A model generated the notes under the pieces. The model had not been told where the DNA came from, did not search any database, and saw only the letters and a program-made list of their open reading frames with translations. From Myxococcota bacterium (GTDB lineage Bacteria > Myxococcota_A > Polyangia > Nannocystales > Nannocystaceae): a stretch of DNA of 64,000 bases. How positions within the stretch are numbered: the first letter of the stretch is position 1; each line of letters begins with the position of its first letter. A program made the position numbers and the translations under genes. The stretch covers positions 96,001 to 160,000 of the forward strand of contig JBCCHT010000025.1 in assembly GCA_039028615.1 (NCBI GenBank), in the 5' to 3' direction. Below are positions 28,530 to 37,256 of this stretch, piece by piece.

Positions 28530-30230
28530 TTACTCCGCCCTCACGTGTCGAAAGCTGTCGTGGGTGACGATGGCGGTGACCAGGGCGTGGTAGGAGCCCC
28601 CGGCCTCGGCCGCCGCGGTGGCGATCTGCTCGGACATGCACGCGTCGTCCAGACCGAGGGGTCGGCCCATCGCAAACTGCAGGGGCTTGCGGACGCCGAC
28701 GCACCAGTCGGCCTGCTCGTTCTCGGCGATCACGTGGGCGAACTCTTCGGTCGTCTCGAACGGAATGCCCTGCCCGGTCGCGGGATCGGTGAGCCACCCG
28801 TCTTGCTGCAGCGGGTTGCCCAGCTCGTCGTGGCTCTGCCAGCGACCGATGCCGTCGTAGGGCTCGAAGGCCCAGCCCATGGGGTCGAACTGGCCGTGGC
28901 AGGCATTGCAGGTGGCGTTCGCCAGGCGCTGCTCGGAGTAGTAGCGCGGCGACTGGCCCGGCTCGAGCTCCCCCATGCTGGTGTCGACCTCGGCCGGCGG
29001 CGCAGCGACGGAGGAACACAGCACACCACGCAGCACGAACAGCCCGCGCTCGACGATGGAGGGCCGGTTGCCGTGCCCGTTGATCGCCTGCACGCCCGCG
29101 TGGGTGAGCACGCCGAGGCGATGCGGCACCTCGGCCAGCGAGTAGCGCTGCCAGCCCTCCCCCGGGTTCTCGATGCCGTAAAGCGCAGCGAGCTGCGGGG
29201 TGGCCCAAGTGAAGTCGGCCGTGAGCAACGCGGTGATCGGCGCTCGCTCTTCCCACAGCAGCTCCTCGGCCACGCGCAGGGTCTCCTCGCGCATGTCGTT
29301 GGCCAGCGCGACGGAAAACTCGGGGTACTGCTCGGGGTCGCGGTTGATGGTGGGCAGCCCATCGAGCGCCAGCCAGTCGCCCACGTAGCGCAGCGCGGTC
29401 TCCTTGGCGCGCGGCTGTGCCAGCATGCGCTCGACCTGCGCCTGCAGCTGCTCGGTGGTGTGCAGCTGTCCCGCCGCGGCGGCCTCGAAGAGCGCGTCGT
29501 CGGGCGAGCTGCTCCACAACAGGTAGGACAGACGGGAGGCGACTTCGTAGTCGCTCAGCTCGCGGAGATCACCCGGCTGCCCGTCGGCGGGCAGCTCGTC
29601 TTCGAGGCGGTACAGAAACTGAGGCGCCTGCAGCAAGGCATGCAGCACCAACGCGGCCCCCGTGCCGAAGCCATCGCCTTCCTCCAGCGCCGCGGTGAAG
29701 TTGCGACGCAGGGACTCGACCTCGGGCTCGAGCAAGGGACGACGCCACACCAGGCGCCCGAGGCTGCCGATGAAGCCGCGCTCGCACTCGGCCGTGAACT
29801 CGGTGCACGCGGCATGGGCGTTGAGCACCGCCAACGGATCGGGCAGCTGCGCCACGATCAGCTCCGCGAGGTCGTGATAGGCCTCGATGTGATCGTAGGT
29901 GACCAGCAGACCGCTGACCTGATTCGAAAACCCTTCGGAGCGCAGGTCGGCGGGCAAGAGCGCTTCGGCGTCGGACGTGATGTCGACCCCGAACATGTCG
30001 TGCACCGTGTTGACGTACTCGACGGTGGTCAGCCGCCGCACGACCGACGCGCCCTGCTCGCTGGCGCAGGCCTGCGGGCCCCCGTCGTCAGTGCCGTCGT
30101 CGTCACCGCCGTCGTCATCGGCGGCCGTGGGGACGCCCTGGCCCGGGTCGCTCGCCGGGTCGACGCCCGAGTAGCAGCCCAGCGCCCCTGCGCCCGCCAA
30201 TCCCCAACCCGCGACGATCCACCGCCGCAT
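28530..30230 (-). CDS. DUF1592/DUF1588-family (PSD, cytochrome c-like) lipoprotein
   Basis: Lipobox ALGC; RRLTTVEY; PQFLYR; EVASRLSYLLW; heme motif CNACH; start refined to ATG 30230. Confidence 0.9.
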   Translation of the reverse strand: MRRWIVAGWGLAGAGALGCYSGVDPASDPGQGVPTAADDDGGDDDGTDDGGPQACASEQGASVVRRLTTVEYVNTVHDMFGVDITSDAEALLPADLRSEGFSNQVSGLLVTYDHIEAYHDLAELIVAQLPDPLAVLNAHAACTEFTAECERGFIGSLGRLVWRRPLLEPEVESLRRNFTAALEEGDGFGTGAALVLHALLQAPQFLYRLEDELPADGQPGDLRELSDYEVASRLSYLLWSSSPDDALFEAAAAGQLHTTEQLQAQVERMLAQPRAKETALRYVGDWLALDGLPTINRDPEQYPEFSVALANDMREETLRVAEELLWEERAPITALLTADFTWATPQLAALYGIENPGEGWQRYSLAEVPHRLGVLTHAGVQAINGHGNRPSIVERGLFVLRGVLCSSVAAPPAEVDTSMGELEPGQSPRYYSEQRLANATCNACHGQFDPMGWAFEPYDGIGRWQSHDELGNPLQQDGWLTDPATGQGIPFETTEEFAHVIAENEQADWCVGVRKPLQFAMGRPLGLDDACMSEQIATAAAEAGGSYHALVTAIVTHDSFRHVRAE

Positions 30231-30443
30231 TGCCACACATCTCACCCTATTACTTACATTGTAGGGAAATGAGGGTGGCGGCAACGTGGATTTGGGGAAA
30301 AATCGGCTCGTCGTCCGCCGTCGGGGTTGGCCAGACCACGCTTGCCACGCCCACCGACGATCGATCCCGCGAAACGAGCGAGATCGCTACGCCGCGGGTC
30401 GTGTCGCGTCGGCCGGCCGAAATCATCTCGGTGGCACGATGGG

Positions 30444-30482
30444 AAAAAAAGAGCCCCGTCGCTTGGGGAGGCGACGGGGCTC
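30444..30482 (-). terminator. Rho-independent terminator ending ncRNA candidate B
   Basis: Perfect 12-bp stem GAGCCCCGTCGC/GCGACGGGGCTC followed on the minus strand by T7. Confidence 0.85.
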
Positions 30483-30739
30483 GAACTCGGGACTCTTGTC
30501 TTTTGGGGGATGAGGGGTCGAGTCGCGAGGGCCAATGCTGGACAGCAGCGCTCTATTGGGGGGGGAGGAAGGAGAGTCTGCTGTCGTCGATAGGCCGGGG
30601 ATATAGGCCGCGGGACATTGAACCGCGGCGCGAGGTCCACTGAGCGATTGGTCTAGGTAGACCCGTAAAGGGTCTGACTCGGAGCGGAAGGATTGGGGGG
30701 GGAGGGTTTCCGCTGCGAGTGCCGCTCAGCGACAACGCA
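30444..30739 (-). ncRNA. Candidate structured ncRNA B (~295 nt) with four C-rich loops
   Basis: Hairpins 30451-30482, 30486-30529, 30541-30585, 30677-30720; minus-strand loops CUCCCCAA, CAUCCCCCAA, CCUCCCCCCCCAA x2; closing stem 30640-30646/30723-30729. Confidence 0.65.
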
Positions 30740-30745
30740 GCTACT

Positions 30746-30781
30746 TAGTGGGATTCGCTCACCAACCGATCACGAAAATCG
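30746..30781 (-). promoter_or_regulatory. Duplicated promoter-like element (GTGATC-N17-CACTA), copy B
   Basis: 28/36 identical to 31103-31138 without gaps; lies just upstream of the first stem of RNA B. Confidence 0.6.
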
Positions 30782-30865
30782 GAGAAAAAAAGCGTGAGCA
30801 AAAAGGCGCCGATTCCGGTCGTAGGGCCCTCTCGACGGGCCCACAGGCCTGATTGGCCTGGAACC

Positions 30866-31096
30866 AAAAGGAAGACCCAGACCGCGTTGGGGGCTCGCGG
30901 GCTGGGTCGAGGAGGAACGGATTCCGACTGTTGAGCGCGCGTCGGAATCCGGACGGAAATTGGTGCTGCGTGGGGGCTCGCAGCGGGTGCATCGGCCACA
31001 CTGGTTGGGGGCGGCGAGAAGAAAAAACCGAGCGCGAACCCGGGGCCCAGGAAGAGGGCTCGACCGGGCTCGACGCCCAGTGCGGTGACGATGCGA
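30866..31096 (-). ncRNA. Candidate structured ncRNA A (~230 nt) with three C-rich motifs
   Basis: 5' stem 30989-31004/31077-31094; hairpins 30965-30984, 30918-30951, 30874-30908; loops AGCCCCCA(A); last hairpin followed by UUCCUUUU. Confidence 0.55.
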
Positions 31097-31102
31097 CGGA
31101 GG

Positions 31103-31138
31103 TAGTGGAAACGGCCGATCAACCGATCACGGAAATCG
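31103..31138 (-). promoter_or_regulatory. Duplicated promoter-like element (GTGATC-N17-CACTA), copy A
   Basis: Direct repeat of 30746-30781 with identical spacing. Confidence 0.6.
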
Positions 31139-31204
31139 ACATGAAATCCGATTTGAAGTGTTTTTCTTACCGAACGCGCGACAACGAGCGCCTCGAGCCA
31201 CCCA

Positions 31205-31960
31205 CTAGGGCCGCACGCCCTCGAAGATGACGTTGTCGGCCAGGGCCCGGCCCCGCGTCAGTCCGGACTCGTCTTTGATGGTCCAGGCCAATAGAGGGAT
31301 GCCGAGCCGACGCAGCAGCCTCGGCGCGGGCTCGCGCAGCGAGGCCAGCTCGTAGCCCACGTAGTGCGGCCGGACCCAGGGCGCGGCGAGCAAGTGCTGC
31401 ACGATGGGTTTTTCGTGGGGCTTCATCTCCCAGTCCCGCGTGCGGCCGGCCAGCATGCCGCGCGGCAGGTCGGGCGCATGCTGCCGCAGCCAGTGCAGCG
31501 AGCGGGGGTTGAACGACTGCACCACGTAGCGCCCCGGCCAGCGACGCAGCACGTCGAGCACCCCTTGCTCGAGCCGCCCGATGGGGGACTCCGCCTTCAG
31601 CTCCACCACCACCGGGACGCGATCGGCCACGCACTCGAGCACCTGGTCGAGCGAGGGCACACGCTCGTCGCAGCTCGCCAGCTGCAGGCAGGTCAGGTCG
31701 TCGAGCGTGCAATCGCGAACCGCTCCCGGGCGGCCCGTCATGCGCTCGAGGGTCTCGTCGTGGAACACGACCACGCCGTCGTCGCGCGTGCGGTGCACGT
31801 CGAGCTCGATGGGGTAGCCCGCGGCCGCGGCCGCATCGAAGGCGGCCAGCGAGTTTTCCGGCCGCAGCTCGTCGTGCAGGCCACGATGAGCCACCGGCCG
31901 CCGCAGCAGCCACCCTGGCGCGTCTCCGCCCCGAATCAACGATCGCACGCGCGCCATCAT
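31205..31960 (-). CDS. Glycerophosphodiester phosphodiesterase family protein
   Basis: AHRG, PENSLAAF, IELDV, VVFHD, VELK, QSF, AWT. Confidence 0.93.
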   Translation of the reverse strand: MMARVRSLIRGGDAPGWLLRRPVAHRGLHDELRPENSLAAFDAAAAAGYPIELDVHRTRDDGVVVFHDETLERMTGRPGAVRDCTLDDLTCLQLASCDERVPSLDQVLECVADRVPVVVELKAESPIGRLEQGVLDVLRRWPGRYVVQSFNPRSLHWLRQHAPDLPRGMLAGRTRDWEMKPHEKPIVQHLLAAPWVRPHYVGYELASLREPAPRLLRRLGIPLLAWTIKDESGLTRGRALADNVIFEGVRP

Positions 31961-32039
31961 GCGACGGCCCCCCCGACGGGACAATCGCCCGGATCACCGA
32001 GCCCCCGAGATGCGCGCGCAGGGCTGGTAGGCTTGGGCC

Positions 32040-32918
32040 GTGGGCCCCTTGTTGACCGGAGGCTGGCGCGTCGACCCGCCGTCGGACCGCGACTATGACC
32101 TCGAGCACGAGGCCGTGCGGGCAATCGCGGAGCACATGGAGCTGCGCCCCGAGGACGCCCCCACCCTGCCGACCTCGGCCGACCTGCGCGATGGCTTCGG
32201 GCCTCCGGGCGACCAGGGGCCGCTGAACTCCTGCTCGTCGTTCGCGGCCGCGGCCCTGTTCGAGCACGGCATGAAGCGTCAGGGCCGGCATGCCGAGCCC
32301 GGCTCCCCGCTGTTTTTGTACAAGGTGCAGCGCGACCTCATGTCCGAGCGCGGCGACAACGGCTCGTACCTGCGCACGGCCATGGAGGCGCTGGCGCTGG
32401 CGGGCGTCTGCCCCGAGCGCTACTGGCCCTACGATCCGGCCCGCCTCGACCACGACCCGCCCGCGTTTTGCTACGCGGTCGCCGACAACTACGAGGCGTC
32501 CGTCTACTACCGGCTCGATCACCCCGAGCAAGCGCCCACCGAGCTGTTGCGCTCGCTCAAGGTGCACCTCGCCCGCGGCCTGCCCGTGATGTTCGGCTGT
32601 GCGCTGTTCCCCAGCCTCGACGCCGTCAACCAGACCGGCATGCTCGCCGAGCCCGGGCCGAACGACCCCATCGTCCTGCTGCACGCCTTCGTCGCCGCCG
32701 GGTACGACGACGAGAAGGTCGTCTGCGACGTCACCGGGACCGTCCGCACCGGGCGCGGCGCGGTGCTCGTGCGCAGCTCGTGGGGCCTTTCTTGGGGCGA
32801 GCAGGGCCACGCCTGGCTGCCCTACAGCTACGTGCTCAAGGGCATGACCCGCGACTATTGGGTGCTCGTGTCCTCCAACGGGCTGAATCGGCAGCAGTTC
32901 GAGGAAATCTACACCTGA
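32040..32918 (+). CDS. C1 (papain-like, xylellain-type) cysteine protease
   Basis: DQGPLNSC, SPLFLY, HAFVAAGYDD, RSSWG..WGEQG. Confidence 0.9.
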   Translation: MGPLLTGGWRVDPPSDRDYDLEHEAVRAIAEHMELRPEDAPTLPTSADLRDGFGPPGDQGPLNSCSSFAAAALFEHGMKRQGRHAEPGSPLFLYKVQRDLMSERGDNGSYLRTAMEALALAGVCPERYWPYDPARLDHDPPAFCYAVADNYEASVYYRLDHPEQAPTELLRSLKVHLARGLPVMFGCALFPSLDAVNQTGMLAEPGPNDPIVLLHAFVAAGYDDEKVVCDVTGTVRTGRGAVLVRSSWGLSWGEQGHAWLPYSYVLKGMTRDYWVLVSSNGLNRQQFEEIYT

Positions 32919-32920
32919 GG

Positions 32921-33886
32921 ATGCGCTCCGCTCGGAACCTTCACCCTGGCTGGTGCGTCCAACCCGAGGTGAGCCTGGCCGTCCGCGTCCCCCGTGCCCT
33001 GCTGCCCATCGCGGGGGGCTTCGCGCTCGTCATTGGCCTGGTCGGGTGTGGGTCCACCAGTACCCCCGAAGACAGCCCCGAGACGGTCAGTCGCAGTCCC
33101 CGCTCCGACGGCAGCTCCCTCGGTGGGTCGAGCTCGTCGCGTCGCCAGCCCATCGCGCTGCCCCCCGTGCCGCCGGGCGAGGCCACGCTGCGGGTGCTCA
33201 GCTTCAACATCAACTTCGCCGTCGGGCACGACCCCCGCAACATCGCCGCCGTCGCCGGGGCCGATGCCGACCTCGTGCTCCTGCAAGAGACGACCGAGCT
33301 GGCCGAAGAAGCCTTCGTCGCCGCGCTGGGCGAGCAGTACCCCCACGTGCTGTTCCGCGAGTGCTGCCGCGCGGGGGGCCTGGGCGTCATGTCCAAGTAC
33401 CCCATCGTCGAGCAGCTGTACCTCGAGCCCACCGTGGGGTGGTTCCCCGCCTGGTACGTCGTGGTCGAGACCCCCGTCGGCAAGGTGCAGGCGCTCAATG
33501 TTCACCTGCGTCCGCCCATGAGCGACGGCGGCAGCTGGGTCGAGGGCTACTTCAGCACGCGCGGGATCCGGCGCGAAGAGATCGAGGACCTGTGGCCCGC
33601 CATCGATCCCGACGATCCCATGATCATCGCGGGCGACTTCAACGAAAACGCCGAGGGCTTGGTGGTCGAGTTTCTCGCCGGGCATGGGCTGGCCAGCGCG
33701 CTGCCGCAGGTGGAGCCCAAAGCGAAGACCTGGCACTGGCAGACGAAGGTCGGGAAGATCCGCGCCATGCTCGATCACGTGGTCTACGGCGGGGGTCTGC
33801 GGCTGCACGACGCCGAGGTGCTCGACGAGGGGTATAGCGATCACTTCCCCGTCGTCGCCGTGCTCGGGGCCGCGCCGCCGCAGTAG
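32921..33886 (+). CDS. Endonuclease/exonuclease/phosphatase-family lipoprotein (start 32921 or 32969)
   Basis: Lipobox LVGC; SFNI, LLQE, AGDFN, LDHV, SDHFP. Confidence 0.88.
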   Translation: MRSARNLHPGWCVQPEVSLAVRVPRALLPIAGGFALVIGLVGCGSTSTPEDSPETVSRSPRSDGSSLGGSSSSRRQPIALPPVPPGEATLRVLSFNINFAVGHDPRNIAAVAGADADLVLLQETTELAEEAFVAALGEQYPHVLFRECCRAGGLGVMSKYPIVEQLYLEPTVGWFPAWYVVVETPVGKVQALNVHLRPPMSDGGSWVEGYFSTRGIRREEIEDLWPAIDPDDPMIIAGDFNENAEGLVVEFLAGHGLASALPQVEPKAKTWHWQTKVGKIRAMLDHVVYGGGLRLHDAEVLDEGYSDHFPVVAVLGAAPPQ

Positions 33887-33901
33887 CCCGGGCGGGCCCG
33901 G

Positions 33902-34981
33902 CTAGGCGCCGCGGTATCGTTCGAAGCGCTTCAGGTACATCGCCCGCAGCTCCTGGAAGCTCGAGTCCGAAGCGGAGTACGAGTCGATGATCGGGTTATA
34001 CGGCTCGCCGAGTCCCAGCCGGGAGCGAATGCGGCCGCCGAACATCTGCAGGCGCTTGCGAGCGAGGCGGGCGACGCCGCGGAAGTCGGTGACCTCGGCC
34101 GCCAGCTCTCGCTTGGACGCGCCGTAGCTCACCGTGTCGAAGAGGCTGCCGAAGGTGGCGAGCATGGGGTCGTCGATGTTGCCGTCGAAGTAGCGGTAGG
34201 CGAGCCAGGCCATGACGTCGGCCCGGTCGCCGCGCAGCGACAGCGAGAGGCTGAAGCCGTCGATCCACACCGAGTGCCACGAATAGGGCGTGTTGATCAG
34301 CATGTCGCCCGCCTCGAGCACGACCTGGGCGGCGAGGTCTTGCAGCTCGCGCTCGTCGTCGTCGTGCTCCACGGCCAGGCTCGCGCCCTCGCGATCGCGC
34401 CGCACCAAGTAGGTGAAGTTGCTGATCGCCACGGGCACGAACGACTCGGGGAGGCGCTCGATGGAGTACCAGCCCTTGCGCCCGTGGAGCTGAAAGAGCA
34501 GGTTGGCGTCGATGGCATTGTGCCAGCCGGTGGTGGTCTGCCGCTGCGTGCTCGAGCCGAAGATGATGTGGCCGGGGTTCTGATCGTCGGCGTAGACGTC
34601 GGCGGGCAGCACCTGGCGCTTGAGCCGACGGATGACGTCGACGGTCTGCTCGTCGATGTTGGGCGTGCCCGTGCCGAAGCTGCCGTAGACGTCCTGCCCC
34701 GCGTTCATGCTCGACCACAGCTTCGACCACGAAAACTCGCCGTTGAAGTCGCGGAACTCCCCCACTCGCCCGAGGTCGGCCTTGAGCAGGCGATCGGCGG
34801 GGAGGAAGGTCGAGGCGTCGAAGGACGGAGGCGTGAACGCGTTGCGCACGACCGTGGGGACCTGGAAGCCCGCCGACCACTCGACGAGGCGACGCTCGGT
34901 GATGGGCACGGGCGCGTCGAGCTCGACGATGCGCACGCGCCCCGACTCGTCTTTGCCGACCACTTCCGTGCCTTCGACCAT
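33902..34981 (-). CDS. JmjC/cupin-like 2OG-Fe(II) oxygenase with HxA iron site
   Basis: TGWHNAIDANLLFQLHGRKGW and LEAGDMLINTPYSWHSV. Confidence 0.8.
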   Translation of the reverse strand: MVEGTEVVGKDESGRVRIVELDAPVPITERRLVEWSAGFQVPTVVRNAFTPPSFDASTFLPADRLLKADLGRVGEFRDFNGEFSWSKLWSSMNAGQDVYGSFGTGTPNIDEQTVDVIRRLKRQVLPADVYADDQNPGHIIFGSSTQRQTTTGWHNAIDANLLFQLHGRKGWYSIERLPESFVPVAISNFTYLVRRDREGASLAVEHDDDERELQDLAAQVVLEAGDMLINTPYSWHSVWIDGFSLSLSLRGDRADVMAWLAYRYFDGNIDDPMLATFGSLFDTVSYGASKRELAAEVTDFRGVARLARKRLQMFGGRIRSRLGLGEPYNPIIDSYSASDSSFQELRAMYLKRFERYRGA

Positions 34982-35117
34982 CGATTCGACCGTTCTTTGT
35001 CGCGCCCCCGCGAGCGTTCGAGAGTATAGCTCGGGTCACGGGCGGGAAACATGCATCCGCGGGCCCGAGCCCGCGCGGTGCTAGCCTTGCGATTCGCCTC
35101 CCGGGTGCCCGGACCTC

Positions 35118-37031
35118 ATGGCCGCCATCGACATCAAGACGCTCGGGCGTAGCTCGCTCACCGGAGGCTTTGCGCAGGCGTGGCGGATCCTGTCCCGCTT
35201 CATCCTCACGCCGATCATCATCGCGCAGCTGGGCATGGAGGGGTACGGCGCGTGGACGCTGGTGTTCAGCCTCGCCGCGTACGTGGACATGTCGAACCTG
35301 GGCCTGGGGCTGGCCTACTCCAAGTTCACGGCGGAATGCGTCCGAACGAAGGAATACGAGCGTCTGGAGCAGATCCTGGGGGCAGGCATCGCGGCCATCG
35401 TCCCGGTGGGGCTCGTGGGCTTCGGGGTCGCGTGGTGGTTGGGCGAGTCGATCGTCTCCGTGCTGCGGGTGCCGGCCGAGCTCGTGCCCGATACGGCGTT
35501 CGCCATGCTCGTGGTCATCGCGGCCATGGTCTTGCGCATGACGGTGGGCTGTCGGCTGGAGATCTTGGCCGGCCTGCAGCGCATCGACCTGACCTTCCGC
35601 CTGAGCGTGCTGGCGTCGATCATCGAGTTCTGCGTCTCGCTGCCGCTTTTGCTGCTCGGCTACGGGATCCGCGGGCTCGCCATCGGGCACGCCGCGGGCC
35701 AGGCCACCATGTTCGCGCTGGCCTACTTCATGGTGGGCAAGCGCCTGCCGCAGGTTCGCATCTCGCCGCGCCGCGCCACCCGGCAGGGCCTGCGCGAGCT
35801 GCTGTCGGTCGGCGGCCGCTTCCAGATGCTCGCCATGTGGAACACGGTCATGGGCCAGGGCATCAAGCTGTTCCTGTCGTGGCTGATGGGTGTGCAGTGG
35901 CTGGGCATCTACGAGCTCGCCGACAAGCTCGTGCAGCTGGGCAAGACCGCGTCCGAGGCGGTCATCGCCCCCTTGATGCCCGCGTTCGCCAGCCTGCGCG
36001 CCGGGGGTGAAGCGCTGCGCGAGCGCATGCTCTTTCTCAAGGGATCCAAGGCCGACGTGGTGCTCGGCGGGATGTCCTTCGCCTTCCTCGGCTTGTTTGC
36101 TCCGTCGATCCTGCTGTTGTGGACGGGCCAGCCCCAGCCCTGGGCTACCTGGGCGCTGCAGGTGCTCGCGGGAGGCGAGGCGGTGATGCTGCTGACCTCC
36201 ATCGTCAGCTCCAGCCTGCGCGCCCGCGGGCAGGTGGGCCTCGAGTTCCGCTGGGCCGTGCTGAACTTCACCCTCTCGCTGGTGCTGCTGGCCGTGCTCG
36301 TCCCAACGATGGAGTTCGAGGGGCTGATCTATGCGCGGGTCATCGCGCGGCTGTTCAGCACCACCTGGTACCTGCACTCGTTCTTCAAGGTCTCGCAGAT
36401 CACCTGGGGCGAGTACCTGCGAGAGACCCGGCTGCCCGTGCTGCTGCTGCTCTTGCTCGGCGTGGGGGCGGCCATCCTGTTCGCGCGAGCGCTGGTGCCC
36501 TGGCCCGAGCTTTCGGGTCTCTCGCCGCGCTGGGCTGCCGTGCTCGACGTCGCCGTGTGGAGCGTGCCCTACCTGCTGCTGCTCGGCGCGGGGGTGTGGC
36601 GGATCTGCCTCGTCGCCGATGAACGCGTGGCGCTGGCCGACTTCGGGCGGTCGTTGCTGCGGCGGGATCGCGAGCCCTCCCAGGCGCCCGAGGTCATCAT
36701 TGTCGGGTCGGCCACGGATGCGCTGGTGGAGGCGGCCGGCGTCGTGGGTCGGGTGCAGGTGATGAGCGTGTCCGAGTCGGGGCAGTACCTGCTGTCGGGT
36801 GGGTCCGCGCGGCTGGTGCTGGTGGTGCTCGAGCCCGACGGTGATCCGTCGGAGCTGTGGTCGTGGACCATCGAAAACCGGCCCGAGCTGGCCGAGGCGA
36901 TGGCGTTCGTGGGCGGCATCGAGCACTCGCTGTACGCGGAGCACGGGGTGCGGCACTACGCCGAGACGCCCAATGCCGCGCAGTTCGAAGCGGACTGGCC
37001 CCAAAGCGAGTCGGCGCCCAGCGACGGCTGA
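35118..37031 (+). CDS. Wzx-like oligosaccharide flippase (MOP/MATE-like) with C-terminal soluble domain
   Basis: TPIIIAQLGMEGYG, DxxNLGLG, about 13-14 hydrophobic helices. Confidence 0.85.
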   Translation: MAAIDIKTLGRSSLTGGFAQAWRILSRFILTPIIIAQLGMEGYGAWTLVFSLAAYVDMSNLGLGLAYSKFTAECVRTKEYERLEQILGAGIAAIVPVGLVGFGVAWWLGESIVSVLRVPAELVPDTAFAMLVVIAAMVLRMTVGCRLEILAGLQRIDLTFRLSVLASIIEFCVSLPLLLLGYGIRGLAIGHAAGQATMFALAYFMVGKRLPQVRISPRRATRQGLRELLSVGGRFQMLAMWNTVMGQGIKLFLSWLMGVQWLGIYELADKLVQLGKTASEAVIAPLMPAFASLRAGGEALRERMLFLKGSKADVVLGGMSFAFLGLFAPSILLLWTGQPQPWATWALQVLAGGEAVMLLTSIVSSSLRARGQVGLEFRWAVLNFTLSLVLLAVLVPTMEFEGLIYARVIARLFSTTWYLHSFFKVSQITWGEYLRETRLPVLLLLLLGVGAAILFARALVPWPELSGLSPRWAAVLDVAVWSVPYLLLLGAGVWRICLVADERVALADFGRSLLRRDREPSQAPEVIIVGSATDALVEAAGVVGRVQVMSVSESGQYLLSGGSARLVLVVLEPDGDPSELWSWTIENRPELAEAMAFVGGIEHSLYAEHGVRHYAETPNAAQFEADWPQSESAPSDG

Positions 37032-37256
37032 AAGATCGACGGGGTGGCGTCAGGCCTCGGCCTGGCCCCGGATATCCACTGATCGCCAACGTCATCGTCT
37101 TCGTTCGTCGCGCGCGTCGGAGGGCTCCCCCGTCCCCCGTTTTGGGTGGGTCCATCCGTTCGTAGCGGCGCCATGTCCATCGCCCGAGAGCCGGCTGAAC
37201 CGGGCCCGCTGTCGTGTTTTCACGCGCTCACGCCTATGGAGCGCTCCCGTGACCCC

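Noticed and set aside
30258..30284. Minus-strand sigma-70 promoter TTGCCG...TACAAT for DUF1592
   Set aside because: Spacer is only 15 bp; plausible but unsupported
30432..30446. TGGCACG as a sigma-54 promoter (also near 25375)
   Set aside because: No TTGC -12 element at the required spacing
30444..31020. Plus-strand reading as a CsrB/RsmZ-like GGA-loop RNA or G-quadruplex
   Set aside because: The U-tract terminators, the G-U pairs of the closing stems and the promoter position favour the minus strand, and three motifs lack GGA; not fully excluded
30230..31230. Short ORFs in the ncRNA region
   Set aside because: No recognisable motifs; they cross homopolymer runs and hairpins, which are better explained as RNA structure
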